Positions 50,282-61,264 of a stretch of 64,000 nucleotides of DNA are shown here, in pieces. Within the stretch, counting starts at the first letter, position 1, and each line of letters opens with the position of its first letter. The DNA is taken from the NCBI GenBank assembly GCA_951406725.2, contig OX597817.1:27218001-27282000 (forward strand), in the 5' to 3' direction. The position numbers and the translations under genes were made by a program. The notes under the pieces are model-generated. The model was given only the letters and a program-made list of their open reading frames with translations, was not told the origin of the DNA and made no database searches. This stretch comes from Octopus vulgaris (lineage: Eukaryota).

Positions 50282-51330
50282 TTCTAATGCTGTTGTCATT
50301 GATGTTGTCTATGATGTCTTTGATGTAGATAATAAAAAGGAGTGGGCCCAATAAATCAATAAATTATAAAAAGGAGTAGGACTCCACTGATGACTTTGGC
50401 TAAGCTTGATTAAACGACATCTATTCACCACATACTGCGTACTATTCACTAGAAAACATTCAATCCACTTTAAAAATTTCCCTTGAATGCTAATGTTGGT
50501 TAGTTTCTTTAATAGGATCCTGTAGCCAGCTTTGTTCAATGCATTGCTGAAGTCAAGATAGATGACATCTGCATTTGATCCCTCTCCAAGAGCCTTTAGG
50601 ATGTCATCAAAGTGATGAAAGAACTGTGTTTGGCAGTCCCTACCATTGTAGTAACCGTGCTGGTTAGGAATTAGTAGGTAATTTTTTGTCTAGGAAGTGA
50701 GTAACTTGAGATCTCACCATGCTCTTAAATAATTAAATGATATGAGAAGTAAGATCAGTTGGTAATTCCCTGCCAGTGAGTTGTTGCCATTTTTGAAAAT
50801 GGGACAATCAACTTAGAATAAGAAATTATCAGGAATATAGCCAGTATCCAGTAATTTTCTCCAGAGAATAGCTTACACTGATGTAAGCACTCCTTCAGGA
50901 CTCTAGCAGGAAATCTGTCAAGGATTGCAGTCGAGTTGTTTATAATTTTGTTAATGGTTGCTATGATATCTGGGGCACAAAATGAATATATTGGATAAGG
51001 TATGCTTGGGATTTGTTTGACAGGTGCTGTCAGAATTGCTGAAAGTGGAGCGGCATTGCTTGTGCTGCATCTCAAACCTGTCTTCTTCACCACTGTGCAG
51101 ATATGTCTCCATCTATTAGAGCTCCAACAGGTGATGCAGTAATCTTATACTTTTTGGCAAACGATTAAAAACATTTTGGGATTGACTTTTATTTTCTCAA
51201 TGACCCACTGCTCTTCTGCTGTTAAAAGACTATCGATGACAATCTCCATGCAGTTTTGAAAACGCTTCCTTGATCCCAGTAAAGTGTGGGTGTTGCATCT
51301 GGCAATATTTTAGCTGGTTGATTTTTCATT
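50282..51330 (-). pseudogene. CR1-group LINE RT N-terminal fragment
   Basis: Translates to FPARVLKEC, QHGY, DVIYLDFS, ILLKKL...KWIECFL and LGPLLFIIYIKD. Confidence 0.88.
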
Positions 51331-52007
51331 TAATCCTTTTTATTTTTCTTATGGGCATGGCTTTGTGGTTAGGGAGCTTGCTTCGTAGCTATATGGTTCC
51401 GGGTTGAGTTCCACAGCGTGGCACATTGGGTAGGTGTCTTCTGCTATAGCCCCGAGCCCACCGAAGCTTTGTGATTGAATTTGGTAGGTGGAAGTTACTG
51501 CTGTGTGTGTATATGTGTGTGTAGGTGCTTGTGCCTCTCCGAAAGTAAAGAGAGGCATGATGATGAAATCTAAGTGCTGAGCAGTGATGTGTTTGAATAT
51601 ATAATTTTATCAGTTCAAGTATGTTGGAGGCATATGTTTATGTGTGTGTGGGCATGTCCACGTGCATGCACACACACACACACTCATATTTTCTTTATTT
51701 GTGATTTAAGATTACCATTGGTTTCATGTAAAGAAAAGTAGGAAATTATCCTAGTGTCTTAACAATGTTTCAAGCCAATCAAATGGAGAAAGGTATTAAT
51801 TTCCATTTTGGAAAACCCTTTCTCCATGTAAATGCTTGAAAAATTGTTAAGATACTAGAATATTTTCTTATTTTTCTTATCATGAAACAAATGGTAGCCT
51901 TAATTCACAAATAAAGAAATTATATCCACCAATACAGTGTTGAGTATCCATTCTCATCACTTGACATTTACACACACAAACACACACACACACACACACA
52001 CACACAA

Positions 52008-52042
<35 letters not shown>

Positions 52043-52342
52043 ATTGTCATACCCAATGTCTTGTGTAGCAATACCATTAAGAAAGAGGAAATTATTGAAG
52101 AATTAACCAACTAGATCAGTTAATGTAGGTCACAAAGAGAGTTATACCACAATTGATGCATAACAAAGTAGATCTGAAGTGTAATCTAACTTTGTACTCC
52201 GAAAAGGTATTATACATATATAACCTTTATATATATATAGTTCATTTATCAAATGACTGGCACAGTTAGTTTCATATGTAAACAAAAATTAGGACAGGCA
52301 ATCTGCTTCTGCTGTTTGCTTTTTTAATAACAGGATAAATAC

Positions 52343-52756
52343 TCTCTCTTTTACTTGTTTCAGTCCTTTGACTGCGACCATGCTGGAGCATCACCTTTAG
52401 TCAAGCAAATCGACCCCAGGACTTATTCTTTGTAAGCCTAGTACTTATTCTATCGGTCTCTTTTGCCAAACCGCTAAGTTACGAGGATGTAAACACACCA
52501 GCATCGGTTGTCAAGCGATGTTGAGGGGGTCTAACACAGACACACAAACATATATACACACATACATATATATATATATATACATATATGCGACAGGCTT
52601 CTTTCAGTTTCTGTCTACCAAATCCACTCACAAGGCTTTGGTCGGCCCGAGACTATAGTAGAAGATACCTGCCCAAGGTGCTACGCAGTGAGACTGAACC
52701 CGGAGCCATGTGCTTGGTAAGCAAGCTACTTACCACACAGCCACTCCTGCGCCTAT
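52343..52756 (-). mobile_element. SINE family A
   Basis: Full-length match. Confidence 0.9.
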
Positions 52757-53004
52757 AGTGACTATAAAGTTAATATATCAGACCATATGATTATAATTTA
52801 AAACCTTTCTTCAGATATTTAATTAAGCTCATTACCATGGAATGTTGTTTTGCTTATCAAAATGTGACAAACAGCAAAAAGACCCCAATTAGAATACAAA
52901 ATCAACTTACTATCATCAAGTTTGGCATTCAGCAATGAAAATGATTATTTGGAAATTCATATATAAATGTATTAAAAAGTCATCTCTCCAATGTTGGTAT
53001 AAAA

Positions 53005-53290
53005 TACCAGCTGTTCTTCACTCCTGCTCCAGAGTGTGGGCTGCAGGTTCACTCCGAAAAGCTCTCCGAAAAGCAATGATTTCATCTCAATCGAAGAAGA
53101 GGGGCTTTCACCGTCTGGTTGGCATATCCATGGAATAAGCTGCCGGCTGACATAGTGAAGATGCCAATGGCCGCTCGGTTCAAAGTCTCTCTTGACCAGA
53201 AATGGCCTGAACTCTTTGTATGACCACCCTCCTTGTCCACCTACATGGCCTTGCTTTTGCTTTTTGAGCCAATAAAATTGAATTGAAAAA
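53005..53290 (+). mobile_element. CR1-group LINE 3' end
   Basis: Translates to HSEKL...FHLNRRRG...WNKLPADIV...FKVSLDQKW*, followed by a short UTR, AATAAA and an (AATTG)2 tail. Confidence 0.8.
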
Positions 53291-53770
53291 AATAGTAAAT
53301 ACAACTTAGTACATCATTCTGTTTTTTATGTCTGCTGCTCATCTCACTTTCATGTGTAACATGAGTCTCACTTCCATGTGCAAACATGAGTCTTGGAAGA
53401 ATTAAAAATCATTCAAAAGCTACAAGGAGTTTTGATATACCTAGCTATATATTCTGTGTTATGAAACGTATTCAGCTTTAGGAATCACATTGTTTCAATG
53501 TTTATCTTCTGATGCAAAACAATTTATATATTGCTTTGTAACTAGTTGGGAAGGTGGTCAAGAATATCCTGTAATGTTTATATGGTTGAATGAGAAGAGA
53601 ATATAACACAGGAGAAGCTTTTAATACACTTAGATGCAATTTCAATTCAGTTCTTAGACAATAAATTGTATGCAAACATATAAATATAAGACGGAATAGG
53701 AGGGAGAAAGACATGAACTATAAGCAACAAACAGTATCATTGCTATGAATAGCACTTTATATAACAATGT

Positions 53771-53845
53771 GGAGGCGCAATGGCCAAGTGGTTAGGGCAG
53801 CGGATTCACGGTCGTAGGATCGCGGTTTCGATTCCCAGACCGGGC
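53771..53845 (+). mobile_element. Isolated tRNA-like SINE head (family F) with TSD
   Basis: 75 bp matching the family F head, flanked by ATATAACAATGT at 53759 and 53846. Confidence 0.85.
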
Positions 53846-53926
53846 ATATAACAATGTAGTGCCATTATTATTTTGTTATTCATTTTCATTTTAAGTTAAA
53901 TAAATTGTTCATATATTGTAGATAGA

Positions 53927-54318
53927 AAGAAAGCTGACCAGAAGAGAATGAAAGCATTCGAGCTTTTGTTTTGGAGAAGACTTTTACGGATTCCATGGAC
54001 AGCGAGGCTCACCAATGGAGAAGTTCTCAAGCAGACCAAGCCAAAAATGTCACTAGAAGCGAGGATCACCAAGCATAGATTGGCATATTTTGGTCATATT
54101 ATGCGGAGAAAATCCCTGGAGAAGGACATCATGCTCGGAATGGTCAGTGGCAAGAGAGGAAGAGGCCGACCAAGAACCCGCTGGCTTGACACCATCAAGA
54201 GTAATACCAGAATGGACATGGCCAATCTGAAAGAAGCGGCTCAGGATAGAACTGACTGGAGGACGCTGATCCATCGAGTAACCGAGAGTCGACTATGACT
54301 GAGCGGATAGATAGATAG
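53927..54318 (+). mobile_element. BovB-like RTE 3' end, 16-bp TSD
   Basis: Open frame AFELLFWRRLLRIPWTAR...YFGHIMRR...GKRGRGRPRTRWLD and a (GATA)n tail. TSD ATATATTGTAGATAGA at 53911 and 54319. Confidence 0.92.
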
Positions 54319-54894
54319 ATATATTGTAGATAGATAAATGCATGTAAATACCACTGAGAGCAGAGATAATATTTTTGTAGAGATTATGTTATCAAACATG
54401 TCACAATGGCAATATTATATCATTGTGCCTTTGGGATTATTATTAAAACTATTGAATTACTTACAGTGAAACATAACTAAAACTGTTCTGATGTGTTCTG
54501 GCTTAAAATCTTACAAATCTATATTAGCCTTCTCAGATACCATTCAATCATTATATCAGAATTTTTCAGGTCTTTTAATCATTAAGATTGCAATAAAAAT
54601 TGCATGTTTGTGATTGTTTACCATGGTTTGATATTGCAATGAACTTGATTTCCCAAAGAGATTTCATAACTTAATTAGTAAAAACTACAGCCTTGTACTT
54701 CTGCTTTAGAATATTAAAAAAAAAAATTGATATTCGTGTATTTTTCTAAATTTCATGAAGAAAATTTCTTTTATTGATTGGTTTGAACATTTGTAAGTTT
54801 GGTTATACTACAACAAATCTGTTAAACTTCACATGTTAATTCATAATACTGAGGTATGTTTATATAAGAAAATGTCATAAAATAACATATAAAA

Positions 54895-55492
54895 AACAAT
54901 TTCAAATTTTGCCAGAAGAGCAGCTTGGAGGGAGGGGATTAAGTCAATTACATCGAACCCAGTGCATAAATGGTACTGAAAGGATGAAAGACAAAGTCGA
55001 CCTTGGTACAATTTGAACTCAGAACGTTGCAGCAGAAAAATACCATTAAGCATTTCACCCAGCATGCTAATGATTCTTATTTCTTTATTACCCACAAGGG
55101 GCTAAACATAGAGGGGGCAAACAAGGACAGACAAAAGGATTAAGTCGATTACATTGACCCCAGTGTGTAACTGGTAATTAATTTATTGACCCCGAAAGGA
55201 TGAAAGGCAAAGTCGACCTCAGTGGAATTTGAACTCAGAACGTAACTGCAGATGAAATACTTATTTCTTTATTACACACAATGGGCTAAATACAGAGGGG
55301 GCAAACAAGGACAGACAAAAGGATTAAGTCGATTACATCGACCCCAGTGTGTAACTGGTAATTAATTTATTGACCATGAAAGGATGAAAGGCAAAGTCGA
55401 CCTCGGCGGAATTTGAACTCACAACGTAACGCAGACGAAATACTGCTAAGCATTTCGCCCGGTGTGCTAACGATTCTGCCAGCTCACCACCT
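54895..55492 (-). mobile_element. Three stacked family B SINE units
   Basis: Full copy 55261-55492, headless copy 55077-55260 and older-tail copy 54895-55076. Confidence 0.88.
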
Positions 55493-55650
55493 TTAATAAC
55501 ATAAATAATAAATATATACATTTAACATAATGATAGTATATTTAATGATAAATTTCAGCAACTTATTTGAGAAGTTTGGAAAAGAATCATAGTAGCACAG
55601 CAGTCTAAGGACTATCACTTAGTTATCTCCCTCTTTTAACTGAGTAATGA

Positions 55651-55704
55651 TCACTATTGCAGATGAATTATAAATTTCACTATTGCAGATGAATTATAAA
55701 TTTC
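55651..55704. repeat. 26-bp perfect tandem duplication
   Basis: TCACTATTGCAGATGAATTATAAATT occurs twice. Confidence 0.9.
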
Positions 55705-56203
55705 TGAATATGAAACGTTTATGTGGATGAAGAAATGTGATGAATAATTCCTAGAAACTAAATTAAAGGAAATAAGGTTATATTTTATATTTCCTACTTT
55801 AGCTCGATAAGCTTGAGGCTAGTCATTATAGAGTCTAAGATTCTCTCACATATTATCTGAATTTTATAATTCACTGACAAGAGTGACATTCCTGAAGCTA
55901 ATATTGCAAGTTTCATGTGTTTAAGATGACATATAAAGCATCTATTAAATCATTACTTGCAGTTAATTCTTGAAAGAAGACATATTCAGTTCATTAACAA
56001 TTCTGATCATTGTATTTCTTAGAAGATCTATTGAAGCGCTGTGGTTGACCTTATTTCAACAACATTAGTGTATAACTGGTGTTGGTAAATGCTGAAAATT
56101 TGTTTTACTAACTCTTTTTAGATTGTTAAAGTTTAGGTCTTTTCCACATTTGTTGAGCTGTTTTGACTGCATTATTCTTATGTAGCATTCTGTATCATAA
56201 TAA

Positions 56204-56615
56204 TCATCATCATCGTTTAACGTCCGCTTTCCATGCTAGCATGGGCTGGACGATTTGACTGAGGGCCGGCGAACTTCATGGCTGCACCAGACTCCAATCT
56301 TGATCTGGCAGAGTTTCTACAGCTGGATGCCTTTCCTAATGCTAGCCACTCCGAGAGCATAGTGGGTGCTTTTACGTTCCACTGGCATGGGGGGCCAGTC
56401 AGGTGGTACTGGTAACGACCTCGCTTGAATATTTTTTCAAGTGCCAGTAAGGCAAAGCTGGTAACGATCACACTCAAATGGTGCCTTTTATGTGCCACCG
56501 GCACGGAAGCCAGCTAGCTGCTCTGGCAACGATCAAGCTCGGATGGTGCTCTTAGCACTCCACTTGCACTTGCACAAGTGCCAGTAAGGCGATACTGGTC
56601 ACAATCCTATTCGAA
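56204..56615 (-). mobile_element. RTE-LINE 3' end (family E)
   Basis: Terminal block and UTR repeats. Confidence 0.88.
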
Positions 56616-57393
56616 TGAAATCACTAAAGTTAATTAGATTACCATAAATGAATATTTAAAATTTCCCTAATTAACTACAAAACATATATAAATTTATATG
56701 TGTCCATATAAATATATATATATCATTACTACCATCGTTGTCATCCTTATCATCATAGTTTTCATGCTGGCATACAGAAAACCTTTTGAAGCAAAAATCA
56801 AGCTCATTAATCTACAGATATATACTACACTGATAATGGTAGAGGAAATAGTAATATATCACAGATTTACTGTTTTAGCAAAAATCTTTGCTTTCACTAA
56901 CCCCATTAGCTCCTCAAAAACTAAATATTTTCAATCTGTGAAAAAAGCAAAGTTACATGAGAACATTTCTGTGTGATTTAAATGTTCAAAACAAATTTGT
57001 CTAACATGCTTACATACCCTGCAATTTAGCCATTTGGTAAAAGTGACCAATACAGGTTTTAAAAATACAAGTACTGGGTTTGGCAATTTATTCAATTAAA
57101 ACCCTGCAGGGCAGTGCCCCAGCATGGACACAGTCAAGTGACTGGAACATGTAAAAGATAAAAGACTGAATATTAGAATTTTTTTAATTGTAATTCTAAA
57201 TGAAACTCATACATTTTTATAACTTAATCCACTTTCAATATCAAAAGAAGCTTAACTGATGTCATATTTTGATCTTATAGGATTTTGTGAACATTAGCTT
57301 ACTTTAATTATAACAAATACTTTCTTTATCATGTTAATATTTCTTGTTTTCAATAATATTAATAAAAAAATTGTTGGATTTACTGAACTTCTT

Positions 57394-57561
57394 GCAGGAG
57401 TGGCTGTGTGGTAAGTAGCTTGCTTACCAACAAAATGGCTCCAGGTTCAGTCCCACTGCATGGCACCTTGGGCAAGCATCTTCTATTATAGCCTTGGGCC
57501 GACCAAAGCCTTGTGAGTGAATTTGGTAGACGGAAACTGAAAGAAGCCCATCATATATATG

Positions 57562-57595
<34 letters not shown>

Positions 57596-57803
57596 AGTTT
57601 GTGTGTTTGTCCCCCCAACATCGCTTGACAACCGATGCTGGTGTGTTTGTATCCTTGTTTTCTTAGCAGTTCGGCAAAAGAGACCAATAGAATAAGTACT
57701 AGGCATACAAAGAATAAGTCCTAGGGTCGATTTGCTCAACTAAAGGCGGTACTCCAGCATGGCCACAGTCAAATGACTGAAACAAGTGAAAGAGTAAAGA
57801 GAG
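57394..57803 (+). mobile_element. SINE family A
   Basis: Full-length match. Confidence 0.9.
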
Positions 57804-60677
57804 TATTAGTTTTCTGTTTTGTGAATCCTGTGAATATAGTATTTATTATTGATTAATAAAATATTACTATTGCTGGGGGAAACACCTAGTCATCAGGGAG
57901 GAATTTTGAATGAAAAACTTGTTCAAGGAAATAGTTATATTCTTCTCTTACTAGTGTAGAAAGTCTTTTATACATAGAAAACTAAACGTTTCTACATGAA
58001 ATTAGTCCAGATTTAGTATCAGCGAGAATAAGTTGGTAGCAGGAAGTAAAAAAAAAAAGAACATATTGATGTTAGTTGCAATCTAGCAATCAAATGCCAA
58101 GGCCACAATTCATTAAGTCAAGAATTATCAATAAGAAAACTGAAGAGTGACACTCAGCTATAATTCAGAATTACTGTCTCATCACAGAAAGAGATGTTTT
58201 CCTTGGAGGTAAATAGTCAACATTCTATAAACTGCAACCCATCAATATAATTGCATTTGGAATATCATCTTTGATTTTTGTTCAAGAAGCAAAGATTTCT
58301 CACATGGCCAAACAAACTGTTTTAATTAATCATTCTCAAATGGACCAATAGATATCTACTTTCCAGACCTTAAAGAGAAAACAGAATGCTGCAATCAATT
58401 TTACGATTATGGCTGGATTGTAACATAGGAAGGGATGGTGAAACAGCAGTTAAGATCCTTCTGTATGGACATCAAGATGGAAAAATACCTGAGATATTGA
58501 GAAAAATTGATTTGAATGTGTTCCATTTATGATGGATTTAGTTAGCGAATTTGAGTATACTTCTTTAGGAAGTTAACTATTCCATTGGGAAAAAGAGAAA
58601 TATTAGCAGCAATAACAACCAAACAGTTATTACAATGCATTTCGTCTGCATTCAAATGCAATCAAGCAAATTGTTTTCATATTTGAATGAAAATTGCTGA
58701 CAATAATGGATTCATTCTATAGGTAGATGATCCTTGGTAAACCAAATTTGTACAAGGAAACAAAAAAGATACAACTCAAATAGTTTTAGTCTGCTGTTAC
58801 CTGTGTTTTGTTTCACTATCAGTTATAGTGTCTGAAACTATATGTAAGATATCTAAATTTCACTTGATAATTTCTTGAAATCTAGAGATTTTCGGTGATT
58901 TGTTCTGCTTGAAATGTGAAACAAGATAAAATTTGCTCTAATAAAGCTTATCTGCCAATGAAAAGCGACTTTACAAAAGCTTTGAACAATAATTATTGGT
59001 TATTATATTAATCTAACAATTTCTGGTTTCCTGGAAAATAGGTCACATGTTTATGCTTACTCTTGTAGATGTTAGTAAGGCACACATTTCTAGCTATTCA
59101 TTGTTGTTGATATTGACTTGGCAGAACTCTTCTCTACTTTGATTGCAGAGATTCTATCATACCTGTGACACAGGTATTTGATCAGTTTAATAAAAAGAGA
59201 ATGTTAGCTAAAATTTCTAAGTTTCAAACCTAGCAACTTAAGCAACTAAGTGAACGAAATACTTTCAGTTTTTGCATGTTGAAGCATTGTTCTATCTTTT
59301 AATCTTAAACCTCAGTCAGAAAGTCAAAACTATATCAAATTTCTTTTCTTGTCTATTCAGCACGAATCAGATTTTACAATTTTCACAAACCACTGTAATT
59401 GCTATAACGATTTCTAAACTTGAATACTTAAATGATTTGAATACTTTACCATTTCATGCTAACCTATTTTAATGCTAATTTATCAGGTTCTTAATTTATA
59501 CAACTTTATATACAGAGACAGAAACATGCACATTATTGTGGCTTAGTATCATCATCATCGTCATTATCATCGTCGTCATCATCATCATGGTTGCTTTGTG
59601 TATACAATCATCACAAAACCAGTACTGAGATTTGAATTTATGAATAGTTCTCATGATCAGTAGTCTATTACATAGATAACTCATTGAGACATGTGTGCTT
59701 TCAAATTAGATTCATAAGGTATTAAATAGTTATATCATTATTTGAGATTTCATTCTGATGAGAATATTTGGCACTGATGAAAGTTTATCATGTGATCAGA
59801 AATATTAAAAAAAAAAAATGTATGTAATGTCCAAATAAAGAATGTTTTGTTAATCATTTTAATCAAGTCTGTTTCTCACTGATTGAGTTTCTGAACAGTA
59901 TTTGAAAAGGTGCTGTAATAATAAGACAGCATCGTTATACACATATAGCAGTAATTCACTAACATCACATGAGCCAGACTATTGCATGGAAATATTTTCT
60001 AAGGATATTGAATTAATTACTTACATTCTAAAGTCAAAAAGTTTTAGAGTAATCAGTATGGCACCAAAATTATCTAAAGAAATAAAATAGATTTCTGATA
60101 TATCACACGTTAGATATAACACTCAAAAACCATTTCACTCCATACATACAACTATATATTTATGTTCGAGTGTGTATGAGTGTATAATTGAATATATGTC
60201 ATGTCAGAAAACATGTGAATTTATGTGTACAAATGACTGTATGTATTTACAGACTGAAGAAGGTTCAGAGAAATTTCAAATGTGTTTCTGACTTAGAGAA
60301 TTAATTTAATATCAGTTTTACTTTACACCTATAAAGAGCATAATGTAACGGCTTCCGAAAATGTTGTAATGGGAATTTTAAGGAATAGGGCTAAGATGCC
60401 TTAGAGTATCTTAGTTGCATATCGATGCTATAGGCTATACAAATTGCCTTCCATCTTAGACATTTTCCCACATCTATTAGGCATGAAGAAGCTAATTAAA
60501 AGAAAAGTATTAAAGAACTTGATAAGGATTCTGAACGACCAAACAATAAAAATAGTGCTCAATTATTTAGATTGTTATATTCTGACAAAGTGTTGCCATT
60601 TAGACCTTTACATTTTAGTGACAGCCCATTTACTCCGTATCTGAAAAAGGAATCTATATCCCCACCCTCTCTCTGTA

Positions 60678-60887
60678 TGAGGGGCTGCTGAAAAGTTCCT
60701 GGCTTTAAGGGTATCACGAAAGGCTTCGCCGCCCAACCATCTGAGTTCTTTTACAGGGCTTAGAAAAAGTAAAGGATCCCTTGCTATAAGTGTATGAATC
60801 TCAGAATATGTTGAATAAAATCATAATTGACTGATCTTTCTGTATTTCCTTTTACCCAAAGCCACGAGCTTGCCAGCCCTACCTCCG
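60678..60887. mobile_element. Mariner-type MITE (opposite orientation to 13105-13324)
   Basis: Same TIRs and internal sequence, with TA flanks. Confidence 0.82.
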
Positions 60888-61013
60888 TATATATATACAC
60901 GCCATTTACATGAATATATGATGAATAAACATTTCCATGTGCTACGGTAGAGGCGACGGTTGTCTGTTCGGTTCCGCTGGGTATGTTGGTTTTGTTTATT
61001 TTTGATGTGTTCT

Positions 61014-61090
61014 GAATATGTTTCACTGATGAACAAAAGATGTAGATAATACGTTAATTGCGAAATCACAAGTGATCTGGAACTAAATTC
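61014..61090 (+). ncRNA. Type I hammerhead ribozyme fold
   Basis: Stem I GUUUCA/UGGAAC (61020-25 with 61078-83) plus GAAU/AUUC, and core CUGAUGA at 61026-32. Stem II CAA/UUG plus GAUGUA/UACGUU, then GAA at 61062-64 and stem III AUCAC/GUGAU. The cleavage triplet AUC ends at 61077. The 10.1-11.1 pair is an A-C mismatch. Confidence 0.7.
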
Positions 61091-61231
61091 TTTTTCTAAA
61101 TGTTTTGCTTTGAGAGCTGTATTCGGTACGATTCGTTTATTTTTGGTAGTAATGACTTTGAAAGTCAGCTCCTAGCGTGTGACATTTATGTGTAATAATG
61201 CCCTCTATATAATATATATATATATATATAT

Positions 61232-61264
<33 letters not shown>

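Noticed and set aside
53771-53845. Functional tRNA gene (and the other tRNA-like heads)
   Set aside because: The acceptor stem does not pair, the sequence matches SINE heads and it is flanked by a TSD.
58386-58532. 48-codon frame MLQSILRLWLDCNIGRDGETAVKILLYG
   Set aside because: It is short, has no splice support and only a vague resemblance to a death domain.
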